A DNA stretch of 53,212 nucleotides, the filler included, from Jimgerdemannia flammicorona (Eukaryota), in assembly GCA_003990765.1 (NCBI GenBank). It is 2 parts of 2 records of this genome, joined end to end, with 100 filler letters (N's around TTAATTAATTAA, not from the genome) between each part and the next. Parts side by side here need not be neighbours in the genome. Positions count along the whole stretch, not along the records: positions 1 to 26,575 come from RBNJ01000718.1; positions 26,676 to 53,212 come from RBNJ01000719.1. The stretch is one strand, 5' to 3'. Each line of letters starts with the position of its first letter. Position 1 is the stretch's first letter. The notes under the pieces are model-generated. The model did not search any database. It was not told where the DNA came from and saw only the letters and a list, made by a program, of their open reading frames with translations. A program made the translations under genes and the position numbers. Positions 22,809-34,658 of this stretch are shown piece by piece.

Positions 22809-24245
22809 ATGCGCTTCCAGGGCCTCTCTTATCTCGCGCTCTCCAGCCTCCTCCTCACCATCGTCCTCGCGGCGCCCACGCAAGACCAACACGACAAGCA
22901 GCGCGAGACAAACCCAATCTGCATCATCGGCGGCGGCCCGGCGGGTCTAACGACGGCATCGCTTCTGCACGAAAAAGGCTATCGGACGGTGGTATTTGAG
23001 AAACAGCTAAAAGTGGGCGGCAAATGCCGCACACTTCAGGTGGGCGGATACAAGATCGACATGGGGGCCCTTTTCCTAGATAACTCGTACACACATGTGC
23101 TGGCGCTCATCAAGAAGTTTGGTATGCACACCGCGACGGTGCTGGACGGGACCGGGGCAGTAACGGCGTACGACTACAATACCGGGGCGTTGGTTAACAT
23201 GCCCTACTTCAACGAGACCTCCGCCACGCCCGAGATCCGCGCCGCCATTGCAAAGTTCAAAGCCGAGCTCAAAAAGTACCCGGAGATGGACGACGGATCC
23301 GCGGGCCACCGTCTCCGTCGGCCGGAGCTGTACGTGCCGTTCGCCAAGTGGCTTATGGACAGGGGCTTGGGTGTACTCTTGGAGCTTTTTGTCGTCCCTA
23401 TCGAGCACGAGGGATACGGGTCCCTTTCGGAGACGCCGGCGATGTACGTACTCAACTTCCTTAACACCAAGACCAGCGCGTCCCTCGTCTTCGCTGAGAC
23501 CAATGTTGACACCATCGTCGAGGGCTGGAACGCCCTCATGGAGAACATGGCCCGCGCCCTCCCTGATGTCCGCACGGGGATGCACATCGTCAGCGTCCAA
23601 AGGCCGGCTGGGGATGATCACTACGGTCATCAAGTCTCCGTCGTCTACTACGACGTGCACAACCACAAACACATCCAGAAATGCCAGTCGGTCGTGATCG
23701 CCTTCCCGCAGCTGCTGGAGCGGCTCGAGTTCCTTGGCCTTGACGCGCGCGAGCGCAACCTCTTCTACAACGTCCAACACACCACCTATTTCTCGGCCGC
23801 CTTCAGCGCCCCCGGGTTGCCCATGAAGAACGGCGAGGAGCTGCTCCAGCTCGTTAATGGGAACGAGACGCGGGTGAAGAGCATTGGCGAGGGTGAGCCC
23901 ATGTCGATCCTGGCGCAGTCGCCCGAGGTGTACACCAGCTACGCGTGGTTCCGTGACCAGAGGGTCGAGCAGAATAATCACAGGCTCCCAGAGATCGTCG
24001 AGAAGAAGGTCAGTGGGTTCGTTGATAGGGCGACGAAGGGGAAGATCAAGGCCAAGGTTATCGAGGTTGATCAGTGGGACTATTTTCCCCATGTGGACAC
24101 CAAGGCGCTGTTAAATGGGTTCTATCAGGAGGCCGAGAAGATTCAGGGGTATCGTCGTACATACTATACGGGGTCACTGTTTGGGTTCGAGACCGTCGAG
24201 CGGACGATGAACGCCGCGTACGATCTTGTCAACAATCATTTCTAG
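22809..24245 (+). CDS. Secreted FAD-dependent oxidoreductase (flavin amine oxidase-like), intronless
   Basis: Signal-peptide-like N-terminus, ICIIGGGPAGL Rossmann motif, FEK..VGGKC, DMGA, and C-terminal QWDYFPHV..QG.RRTYYTG; 478 aa uninterrupted. Confidence 0.88.
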   Translation: MRFQGLSYLALSSLLLTIVLAAPTQDQHDKQRETNPICIIGGGPAGLTTASLLHEKGYRTVVFEKQLKVGGKCRTLQVGGYKIDMGALFLDNSYTHVLALIKKFGMHTATVLDGTGAVTAYDYNTGALVNMPYFNETSATPEIRAAIAKFKAELKKYPEMDDGSAGHRLRRPELYVPFAKWLMDRGLGVLLELFVVPIEHEGYGSLSETPAMYVLNFLNTKTSASLVFAETNVDTIVEGWNALMENMARALPDVRTGMHIVSVQRPAGDDHYGHQVSVVYYDVHNHKHIQKCQSVVIAFPQLLERLEFLGLDARERNLFYNVQHTTYFSAAFSAPGLPMKNGEELLQLVNGNETRVKSIGEGEPMSILAQSPEVYTSYAWFRDQRVEQNNHRLPEIVEKKVSGFVDRATKGKIKAKVIEVDQWDYFPHVDTKALLNGFYQEAEKIQGYRRTYYTGSLFGFETVERTMNAAYDLVNNHF

Positions 24246-24757
24246 ACGCGTGTTTGATTATTTTTGTCTGCCATGTAAATTTTTCCTCATAGTTAAAAAA
24301 AAATTAACTCGCGCAATGGGAACCCTATTAAAAGGGCAATGCTCCATACCACATCCAGATGATAACATCCAGATGATACCAAGCCACCTTGTTTATAACC
24401 TCGCTTAAAAAGATACATTGGCTTGGATTCTGGATTTAGCAATAGAGCCCAATGGCTGGAGCTGGGCTTCTACAAACGTGCCCCCTCCCCAGGCCGTTAA
24501 ACGTCAAAAAGCCTTTCAAGAACACAAAACACCCAGTCCTCGACGACACCGCCTTCACCACACCTACTCCCAAAGTCTTGCGCGCCGAGCGAGGTAAAGC
24601 AACAACACATCGGCTCGCTGGTTCTGTCGGAGTCAAGATTTTCACGACGCGCACCGCCACGCGCGTACCGCCACGCGCACCACCACGCGCACCACCACGC
24701 GCACCACACCACCACCCAGATCCGGCGAGTCGCACACAGGGTGTCACGAGTTGGTGA

Positions 24758-25915
24758 TACTATGCAACACAATTGAAATAGCCATAAACAAACCCTATGT
24801 CATCAGTCCCAATTCAAATAGACGTAAACAAAACGTTAATTAGAATAAAAACGTCACATATTTCAACCTCTTGTTTACACCTATTTGAATTGGAGCCCAT
24901 AGTATATCTATTGTAAAATAGGCTATTTCATACATATATATTATATAAAATAGGCTATTTCATCACATATATCAATTATAAAATAGTCATATATTTATTA
25001 TAAAATAGGCTTGTTTATGGCTATTTCAATTGTGTTGTATAGGATGTCTTGTTATCTAATACATTCCATAATCATGTTTCTTTCTTTTCTTTTTTTTTTA
25101 TTATACTTGAGCGCGCCATTCCTGTTTCGCATTTTTCCAAAGAATCTTGGTTTCACAAGGCATATTATGTACATATCCCGGTGTGAATAATGCTATTATG
25201 CAACACAATTGAAATAGTCATATGTCATTATTATAAATTATAAAATAGGTTTCAATTGTGTTTCATAGTATTATTCTCCGTAAAGCTCGCGCTCCCCTCT
25301 TCAACTCTAGCACCAACCGGTATCGGGCCCGCATTATCATCCGCTTTGTCTCGTGTCAAATGCCGGCACCACGAGATGCGTAGCTTCAGAACGTCACATG
25401 TCGGCGTGCCATCTGCAAAGCTGGTAGCTCAGCCTACTATGCAATACAATTGAAATAGCCGTATTTTATAATAGATATATGTAATGACATCGGCTTTGTT
25501 TATGGCTATTTTAATTGTATTGCATAGTAGTTGAGAAACCGTCGTCCAATTGAGTCGGAGTCAATGCCGTCTGCTTTTCTTGGGCACATGTGAATGAGGC
25601 ACATGACCCGTTCTCGGGGTGCCTCTAAGGATTCAGGCGCTTCTATTTGTGACCTTCTAGCATGCAAACCACACAATTTCTCACATGTTTTTTTTTGTAA
25701 AATACTATGGAGTTCCAAAACTGAGGTCCCTTGCCTCCTTTAGACGAAATTCATCAATAATAGAATACTTTTGAATAAAAAGTAAAGTTTTTAAAATACA
25801 TATGAATAAATACTGGTACAACATTTTGTGTATATGTACATAATACTACACAATTGAAATGGCCATAAACAAACCGATTGTCATCACATATATCTATTAT
25901 AAAAATATTGTGTTG
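24758..25915. mobile_element. Cluster of tiny palindromic MITE-like elements with TACTATGCAACACAATTGAAATAGCC ends
   Basis: Copies at about 24758-25044 (with a different nested element about 24805-24904 ending CATAGTA), 25194-25270, 25435-25529 and a partial at 25844-25915. Confidence 0.75.
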
Positions 25916-26259
25916 TCGCGACACGAAATCACCACGACCTTGCAACGCGACTGGTGCAATATTGAGAATAGGTGGCAGCAAATGTGATCATTGGTTCTGT
26001 ACATCTTATAGTTTACTCCCTTACTGTAGTTTTGCATATCCTATAGAACGTGTGTCGTTCAAATTGTCGTCACATTCGACACATTCGACGTTCGAATAGT
26101 AGGTCAATAAGAATGGTATTTGTGTGGTGTCACTATATCAAATTTGGATCGTTAAAGGACAGGGATAAAGTATATTTATTTAAAAAAAAAAAAACAAAAA
26201 CAATATCAAAAAAGGGATTTCTTTGAACAGCATCAGGCAGGTTTCTTGTAATCGTGTGT

Positions 26260-26478
26260 TCAAAGGTCACCGGCCGTCCGTAAATTCAACCGTATGTTCC
26301 CGGACGTCGTATTCAATCGGATTGACCCCTCGCGCACCTTAACCTCCTTTGTGCTTAACCGCCCCGACAACTTGGTCGTCTTTTTCTCCCGGTACTTCAC
26401 GCTGCTTTCGTTGGAGGCCCGGATACCCACGCCGCCGGAAAGAGTGGTCAGCATGAAGTCTCCAGCAAAGGGGCGAAG
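26260..26478 (-). CDS. Probable terminal exon of a beta-repeat (DUF4097/adhesin-like) protein, cut by the contig end
   Basis: After a pyrimidine-rich TAG acceptor: LRPFAGDFMLTTLSGGVGI...SIRLNTTSGNIRLNL*, with two TxSGx[VI]x[IL] repeats. Upstream exons are not in the contig. Confidence 0.4.
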   Translation of the reverse strand, partial: LRPFAGDFMLTTLSGGVGIRASNESSVKYREKKTTKLSGRLSTKEVKVREGSIRLNTTSGNIRLNLRTAGDL

Positions 26479-26575
26479 CTATAGGGACAAACGATAGGGA
26501 GAACCACCTATGATTGGTTGTCGCGGACTCGTGCATGTCGATACAGGACAGCGAGGCGAGAGCAAGCCAAAAAAA

Positions 26576-26675
26576 NNNNNNNNNNNNNNNNNNNNNNNNN
26601 NNNNNNNNNNNNNNNNNNNTTAATTAATTAANNNNNNNNNNNNNNNNNNNNNNNNNNNNNNNNNNNNNNNNNNNN
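26576..26675. other. Artificial contig linker N44-TTAATTAATTAA-N44
   Basis: A 12-mer with stops in all six frames, centred in a 100-nt gap; the flanking contigs are 26575 and 26537 bp. Confidence 0.95.
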
Positions 26676-26948
26676 CTGTCCTCAGCGTGTCCGCAAAGCT
26701 CCTTCCCTGCAGCCCTCCGGCCCCCCCCCCAGTGCCACTTCCACTACCTGAGCTGCCCTGCCCACCTGAGCCACCGAAAGACCCCATCCCCAGTCCATAC
26801 CCTCTCCCGACGTGCTGCCAGTTGAAGGCCCCAGGTCCACCCGACCTAGTACGCGTGTCGGCTTGCTCGCTGGTTGACATTGCCTTAGTAACTTTCTCCA
26901 ATAAACGACTTGAAAGTGTGTTGTAAAGTGTGTGTAACGTGAATTGTA
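26676..26948 (-). mobile_element. 5' UTR and ORF1 start of a young LINE-like element, cut by the gap
   Basis: MSTSEQ..GAFNWQHV..Gly-rich..RSFADTL; the leader and peptide resemble 53076-53212; CpGs retained. Confidence 0.55.
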
Positions 26949-26949
26949 G

Positions 26950-29900
26950 CGGAGAGAGATGTCCTTAACTGTATATATATAGATATATTGGTCTGACTTT
27001 TGAATTAGCTTCTTTATCTAAATAGCAGATATAACACCACATCTGGGCTTTGGTTTCTTTTTGGTATATTTAGATTATAGTTTGATATCTCTCAGAGAGA
27101 TTATATTGATTCACCAACTGATGTAGAGATTCTTCTGAGTAAGCTAGGATTTCTACGAATGAGGTTATGCTGAGAGAGGTATACTATGTAGAAGATTTGT
27201 CTTATGATATAGTTTCTATGTTGTAAAAGTATATTCTTACATATATATCTTAGAGAGTTTTTATGTTATTCTATTTCCAAATGTGGTAATATTTCCTTCA
27301 GAGTTTCTTTGCATCTTAAGGTAGAATTTGTCAGCAGATTCTTAGTTAAGATAGCACTTACTTGTTCTACTATCAATAAGGACTTTGACAGAGTTTCCTT
27401 TGATTTTCCCTTATAGGAAGATATATATATTTTGTATTGATTTTTTACTAAATAGTAATTGTTTCTAAGGTAGTTTTTTCTTTCCAATCTTATACTTCTT
27501 TATCTTTATTATTAATATTCTTGGATTCAAGAATACATGTAATGTATTCTCTTATGTATTTGAAACAGTATATCTTGATTCTATGAAGATATCATCCTAT
27601 GGAGACATATCTATCAGTAATGTACTGATACTATTTCTGGTCTCTATCTTGAGGTTCTTTGATACAGATTATCTTCTGTACCTTAGTCTTCTCCTTGGTC
27701 TTGTCAGGGTGCTTTTCTGTTGATCCAAAGGCTTTTTCTCCTCTGTTGGAGAGTGATAGTTTATTTGTTTCCTCTACTTCAAGGTTATTGCATATCACTT
27801 TGATAATAGCTTGGGTAATTCATTTTCTACATGTGATTTCGACAGCCTTTTGTCCAGTGTTATGTAGTAGGACCTTGATCTCACCTTTGAATTCTTGGTC
27901 TATAATTCCTTTAGCAACACAAAGTCTTTCTTCTTTGGCCAGGCTACTCCTTTCTGCAAGATGAATATAGGTTTCTCTAGGTACTTCCATTTCAATACCT
28001 GTGCTAATAGTTACTTACTTGTCTGATTCAATAGTCACTTCTATATTAGAGTAGAGGTCATAGCTAGCATCAAATTTGTATACTTTGTCTGAGATCTTTA
28101 TGACAATATGAAATCTCTTGACCTTGATTTTCTCAATGATTACTTTGAGTCATCTCTTATTATAGTAACAGTGTGTGGGGAGGATGGCCCTTTGTTGTTA
28201 TTGGTTTTCTTATCAGAGTATTTGCAGGATATATATTCTTCTTCTTATAGTAGAAACATACTCTCTTTATAAGTTCTTCTGTTTTTTTATTAGATAGTTT
28301 CTTAAATCCTTTTTGTAATCTTGAGGGCTCATTCTGAGATTCATACTTTTTTTTCAAATTGATATTATTTATCTCCTTCGTTGTTGATTCTATTATCTCT
28401 TAGTCTTTGGACTGCAAGAATAGTATATGCTTGAGTAATAGTATATTCTCCTTATTTATAGATTTTTCTAATAACTATCTAGAGATAATATTAAAGTAAT
28501 AGATAGCTCAGGTTCTATTTATAGTCTGCTATTATCAGCTGTATTCTGCTTCTATAGTATTTAGGAGAGTTTTTAATCTTATTGCAAATGCTTCAAGGTC
28601 CTCTTTTCTATTATTATAGAATTACAAGTTCTTGAGCTTAGTTCTGGCTTCTGAAATATGGGCAGAGCTATGGAACTACTGAATAATTAGCTTCTTTAAT
28701 TCTATAGTAGCTGGGTGAGCTTCATAGTCAGAGTGATCATTATCTCTATTGCTTGTGACAACTTCAGTATGGGTTTCTCAGATAAGTGGGTATACTGGTA
28801 GGTTGTACCATCACTGGGCTACTGTATCTGTAAAGTATATGGTAACCTTTTCTACTTATGAGTCTGTAGTTGCTTAGAGATCTTCAATCTATAGTAGATA
28901 TTATTATCAAGAATACTATCTAGACACTAATTATCATTTTATTCATTGATACAATAATTGGTATTGACTTATCCTATAAATATAATTACTTAGTCTACTT
29001 TGTCTTTGAATAGAGTGAGGTAAAGTTCTTTTGTAGACTTATTTGTTTCAATGCTGAGGTAAAGAGCTTGAGTAAGGATGGCTACTTGATCAGTTAATAC
29101 TGCTATCTTATCATTTGCTAATATCATTCTGCTGTCTTTGTTGTCTATTTGGTGAGATGATTGGGTCTCATCTTCTTCTTCTATTGTTATAGTGTATCAA
29201 TCTTAATTTTTCTATAATATTGCTAAGGTGAGTAAGCTTGTAGGCTGGTGGTTTTGACAGAGTAACTATTTAGTCTACAGTGATTCTTGATAGGCTTGAC
29301 ATTCTTAGTGGTAGTTCTGTAATAGTACTGGAGCCATCAATGGCTAGTTTAGGGATTTTTTCAATTATCCTCCTAGATTTAGATAATGTGGCAAGGATTT
29401 TACTAGGTCCAGTAGCTTGTGATTCTTATTACTAAATTATTCTTACTTATATGTGAGGAATTCAATAATAGAAGTGTCATTTTTTTTAATAGAATAGTAT
29501 TCCTTATAGTTTGAAAAGGTCTTTGCTTTGTAGTTGCAATAATTTAAAAGGTTGTTCAGGAAGTATTCAGTTGTAGTCTTGATGAATTCTTAGGTATATT
29601 TCTTATAGAAGATGGCTGCTAACTAGTTTATTGAAATTCTCCTTATGTTTGGGAGTATAGGTGACTTCTTTATTTAGTGTGAGAAAAGTATTGAATACTT
29701 CTTAAATGGTTACATTATTGAGTTTATCAAACTCCTCTTGGCTGGTGTGAGTTACCGTCTACTTGGTAATGATTCTGTTGACTTCTTTAGCTTGAGTCTG
29801 AGGAGTATCCAGAGTGAAGATTTGCTTTGATTATTACTAACAATATTAATGATATTGACTAGTTCTGATTATTTATAGTAGATCACTTGAAGAAAGATTG

Positions 29901-30350
29901 CTCATAGATAGGAAGTAAACATCTACTACTATCAAATTATAATAAAACTATATACTGATAGAATTAATATATTGTAGGTAATCAATAGTAACTATTAGTC
30001 TAAAGTTCTGAGTTCTTGAGGAAGTGCTGAGTTTCAGTTATCTATATAGTAGAGTCTAAGTATCACTTTTGGTTCTAGTGCTAATAGGAATGACCATACT
30101 TATATTCTAAGTTAATTAGACTTAAAATAATTAACAAGTTAGATTTGAGGAGTTTCTGTAATAAGAATACTACTTTATTATTATATTTAGAGAAAGCAGA
30201 GCTGAGGTTGTAATATACTCAGTATAGAGAGTATTTATATATATTTGAGACTATAACTAAATATAGTATATATACTAAGAATATCTCTATATAATTATAC
30301 TACTTTGGATAACTATAACTACTAATCAGAAATTCCAGAGACTTGTAACA
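26950..30350 (-). mobile_element. Degenerate LTR retroelement: LTR, PBS, gag with zinc knuckle, dUTPase; no pol visible
   Basis: LTR about 29939-30350; mutated PBS-like TTTGATAGTAGTAG at about 29924-29937; gag remnants (YF.D..AQ*W, EARTKLKNL; CFY knuckle about 28230-28265); dUTPase about 27713-28137; many TA-generated stops. Confidence 0.7.
27713..28137 (-). pseudogene. dut: Element-borne trimeric dUTPase remnant
   Basis: Manual translation gives DASYDLYS, RSSLA, GIIDQEFKGEIKVLL.N, *ITQAI and RGEKAFGST, matching dUTPase motifs I-V; two stop codons. Confidence 0.85.
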
Positions 30351-30426
30351 ATTTATTATAATTATTATAAGCTATATTTAATAGCTAAATTAGATATGTA
30401 TCTTTAATTTTGTTTAATTAGTAGTT

Positions 30427-30902
30427 ATAATAAAACTATATACTAATAGAATTAATATATTGCAGATAATCAAACTGACTATCAGTCCTAAGTTCTGAGT
30501 TCTTATAAGAAAGTACAGAGTTCCAGTTATATTTTATAGTAGAGTTCAGATATTACTTTTGAGATCTTATTCTAATAGAAGTACTGTACTTACATATATC
30601 TCAAGTTGATCAGACTTAGAATCATTAACTAGTTGAATCTAAGGATTCTGTAATAAGAACACTACTTTATTCTTATATTTAGAGAAAGTAGAGCTGAGGT
30701 TACAATATATATACTCAGTATAGAGAGTATTTATACATATTTGAGACTATGACTAAATATAGTATACTGGATATATATATATATATTTATGCCATTTTAG
30801 ATAACTATAACTGTTAGTCAAAAATTCTATAGAAATTTCTATAGAAATTTCTATCAGAATTTTTATTAAAATTTTCAGTAGCTTATAGATATATATATAA
30901 CA
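30427..30902 (-). mobile_element. Second copy of the same LTR (solo or tandem)
   Basis: Direct repeat of about 29939-30350, differing mostly by transitions. Confidence 0.7.
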
Positions 30903-31157
30903 ATTTATTATAGTAGTTTACTTTGATATTATTAGTAAAATAAAGCTTAATCTTATTAATATATATATTTATATTTAAGATTAATAATATTTTTAAATAA
31001 TATATATATAATTAAAAAAGTCTATTATATAATAAATTATTTAATAAATATATAAAATAATAGTAATAAAATAAAAATATTAGTTTTAAAATTTAAATTT
31101 TATAAATTTTTTATTTTTTATTAAGTTTATATTAAATTTTATATTTATATTAAATAG

Positions 31158-33922
31158 TATGACATATGATACGAAATAGAAACAGAAAATAGACATTTGA
31201 TTATAGTATCTGAATCTGATTTCCAATTTAGTATAGTGTAGAAAATTACCTTTACTGTGGATACTATATCTAAAACATTATCAATGAAACTGTTACTATA
31301 GTATTTCAACAATATTGAAATATTTCAACATTTTCTAAATAACTTATAACTTAGCCTCATAGTAGCAGAATTAGTGCACAAATCTGTATAAATAATTCAG
31401 TATTTTAGAGTAAATAAACCTCAGTCAGATCAAGTTAGTTCAATTCTAAAAATAAGTCTTCTTTATATACTCTTCCCTCTATACAAAATCTGTCCAACTT
31501 ACCAAGTTCCATGTCTGCTACATTATAATTTAGTGCTCATTGGCTAGTGATTCAAGATGAATTCTCACTTTTAAGCTGAAAAATGAATAACTGCCAGACT
31601 GCCATATAGACCATTATATCATGCATAGTATTTGTCTGTACTATCTGCTGTTAATTAGTTGTTCCAGTTGTCAGCCTCATTTCTGTAAACTATTGTTAGT
31701 ATTGAATAATAGATACTCTGCAAAGGACCACATTATTAAGTTAATAGCTGGATTGCTCCTTAGTTCGAGAGACAATATTACAAGAATTAATTGCCAAAAA
31801 ATACCAAACAAACCACCATGCCAAATGGACCACTGTACAGACCACAAAGAAAACTGCTATATGAACCATTGCTACCTAAATTTTGAAGATATTGTTTGTC
31901 TGTACCATTTGCTGTTAATTGGTTGTTCCAGTTGTCAGCCTTGTTTCCATAAACTATCATTAGTATTGAACAATAGATACTCTATAAAGGACTATATCAT
32001 TGAGTTAATAGCCAGATTGCTCCTTAGTTTGAGGGATAATATTATAAGAATTAATTGCCAAAAAATGCCAAACAAACCACCATGCTGAACAGACCACTGT
32101 ATGGACTATAAAGAAAACTGCTATATGAACTATAGCTATCTAAATTTTGAAGACATTATTTGTTTGTACCATCTGCTGTTAATTGGTTATTCCAGTTATT
32201 AGTCTCATTTCTGTAAACCATTGGTATTGAATAATAGATGCTCTGTAAAGGACTATATCATTGAGTTAATAGCTGAGTTGCTCCTTAGTTTGAGGGACAA
32301 TATTATAAGAATTAATTACTAAAAAACACCAAATGAATCACTATACTGAATGGACTACTATTATCTGCCACTTTTGAAAATATGACCCATTAACTGTACT
32401 TGATGAGTCTGGAAGCCATTCTGCAACATATGATTTGCCACCACCTGACTTTTGAAGATATGACCCATTAACTGTACTCAATAAGCCTAGAAGCTGTCCT
32501 GCAATATATAATTTACTACCTGACTTTTGAAGATATGATCTGTTCTGTAATATATAATTTGCCACCACCCAACTTTTGAAGATACAAACCTCTCAAATTT
32601 GAAGACACTGTTTTGTCTCTGTGCCATCTGCTATTAATTGGTTATTCTAGTTATCAGTCTCATTTCTGTGAACTGTCAGTATTGAACAATAGATATTTTG
32701 CAAAAGACTGTATCATTGAGTTAATAGCCAGATCACTCCTTAGTTTGAGAGACAATGTTATAAGAATTAATTGCTAAAAAACACCAAATGAACCACTATG
32801 CTGAATGCTGTCTGACATAAGAATACTATCTGACTTTTAATGATATATGAACTATCTGAGTAAAGAATGTCACTCAACCTTTGAAGATGCCATCACTCAC
32901 CCAACTTTTGAAGATATTGTTGTCCAACTTTTGATAATATATGAATGGAATGGACTGCCTCAAAGAATTAAAAAGATGTTGTATATGAACTGCTCAAGTA
33001 AAGAATGCTATCTAATATAAGAATGCTCTGACTTTTGATGATATATGAACTGCCCAAGTAAAGAATACTGCTCAATATATGAATGGACTACTCTGGAGAA
33101 TTAAAAGATGTCACCTGAGTTAATTATTTGAAGAACACTGCCCACTATAAAAAAACTGCCCAAGATGACATATAAATAGACTACCATATGATATATGAAT
33201 GGACTGCTATGGAGAATTAAAAGACACCATACAAACCATCATCTGACTTTTGATAATATACAAACAGAATGGACTGCTCTGGAGAATTTGAAGATGAGCC
33301 ACCACTCAATTTTTGAAGACTCCATCACCTGAATTACTATCTAAACTGCCACCCAATTTTTGAAGACTCCATTATCTAAAACTGCTGCCCAAATTAATTA
33401 TTTGAAGACTTTTGGAACCTTGAATAACATTTTAACAATTGTCTGAATAGATCATAAATATATCCACATAGGGGAAACAAATATATAAATATTGCAATAT
33501 AAGAATTTGAATAGATATTTTTATATCAAAAATAACCTATTTAGGGGGAAGATGTGATATATGGTATAAAATAGAAACAGGAAATAGACATTCAATTGTA
33601 GTACCTGAATCCAATTTCCAATTTAGTATAGTGTAGAAAATTACCTTTACTATGAATACTGTATCAAAAATATTATTAGTGAAACTGTTACCATAGCATT
33701 TTGAAAATATTGAAATATTTCAACATTTTCTAAATAACTCATAACTTAGCCTCATAGTAGCAGAATTAGCACACAAATCTGTATAAATAACCCAGTATTT
33801 TAGAGTGAATAAACCTCAGTCAGATCAAGTCAGTTTAATTCCAAAAATAAGTCTTCTTTACATATCCTTCCCTCCATACAAAATCCATCCAACTTACTAA
33901 GTTCCACATTTACTATATTACA
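31158..33922 (+). mobile_element. Complete non-autonomous LTR element (TRIM/LARD-like)
   Basis: 370-bp LTRs at 31158-31527 and 33553-33922 (TG..CA, mutated to TA..TA in the 5' copy); PPT TTAGGGGGAAGA directly before the 3' LTR; ATAG target-site duplication; interior made of tandem repeats. Confidence 0.85.
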
Positions 33923-34658
33923 ATAGTAAGATAATTAGAATTAATAGACTATAATAATAATTAATAATAAAGTAATTAATTTTCAATATATATAAAAGCT
34001 ATCTTTAGAATAATTAAAAATATCTTTTATAATATTATAAATATTTTATAACTCTTTTTATATTTCATTTTTACTATATATTAGATATTATATATATTTA
34101 TTTAGAGTAATTTATAAATAAAATTTAATAATAATTTTATTGTTGATTAATTTATCTATATTATAAGTAGATAATCTATTAAATTATAATTTACTTTAAT
34201 AGAATTAAAAAATATATAAGATATTTTAAATTTTGTTATTTTTAATTTATTATTATTAATGAAATAAATATATTAAATAAAATATTTTTGACAATATTAT
34301 CTTATATTAAAAACTTTAATATATTTCTTTAAAGCTGATAATTCTCTTTAATAATTTATATACTTTTTAAAAATTCTCCATTTTTAGCTCTCATAGTAAT
34401 GTTTGATCTGTAATAAGATCTCATATATATTTATCTTAATTTATCATAGATAAACTTTCCAAAAATACCTTTTAGATTAATTACTAATGATATATAAAAA
34501 TAAAAATAAAAAAACCAAACTAAAGAAATAGAATAAGATATTAAAACTTTGAAATTAAACATTTTTTGTGAAGTCTATAAACGCCACACTCAATCATCAA
34601 AATCATATATTTAACATGTCAAATTTATAGAGAAAATAATCACGAAGACATTGCATAA

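Larger units (their letters stand above)
21089..24670 (+). repeat. Segmental duplication, copy B
   Basis: Homologous to 13329-16250 from the intronic poly-T onward, with an internal partial re-duplication (about 21930-22170 vs 22430-22625) and a CpG-poor insert between them. Confidence 0.9.

Noticed and set aside
23076..24092. 338-aa antisense ORF, and the similar one at 14689-15600
   Set aside because: Shadow frames of a GC3-rich gene on the opposite strand.
26620..26631. TTAATTAATTAA palindrome
   Set aside because: Synthetic linker, not biological sequence.
31621..32088. 155-aa ORF with an internal repeat
   Set aside because: Produced by the ~264-bp tandem unit of the non-coding LTR element; the other units contain stops.
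33927..34560. Extremely AT-rich tract as a possible organellar or endosymbiont insert
   Set aside because: No recognisable genes; it is continuous with 30910-31157 across the LTR insertion and best explained as terminally mutated repeat DNA.
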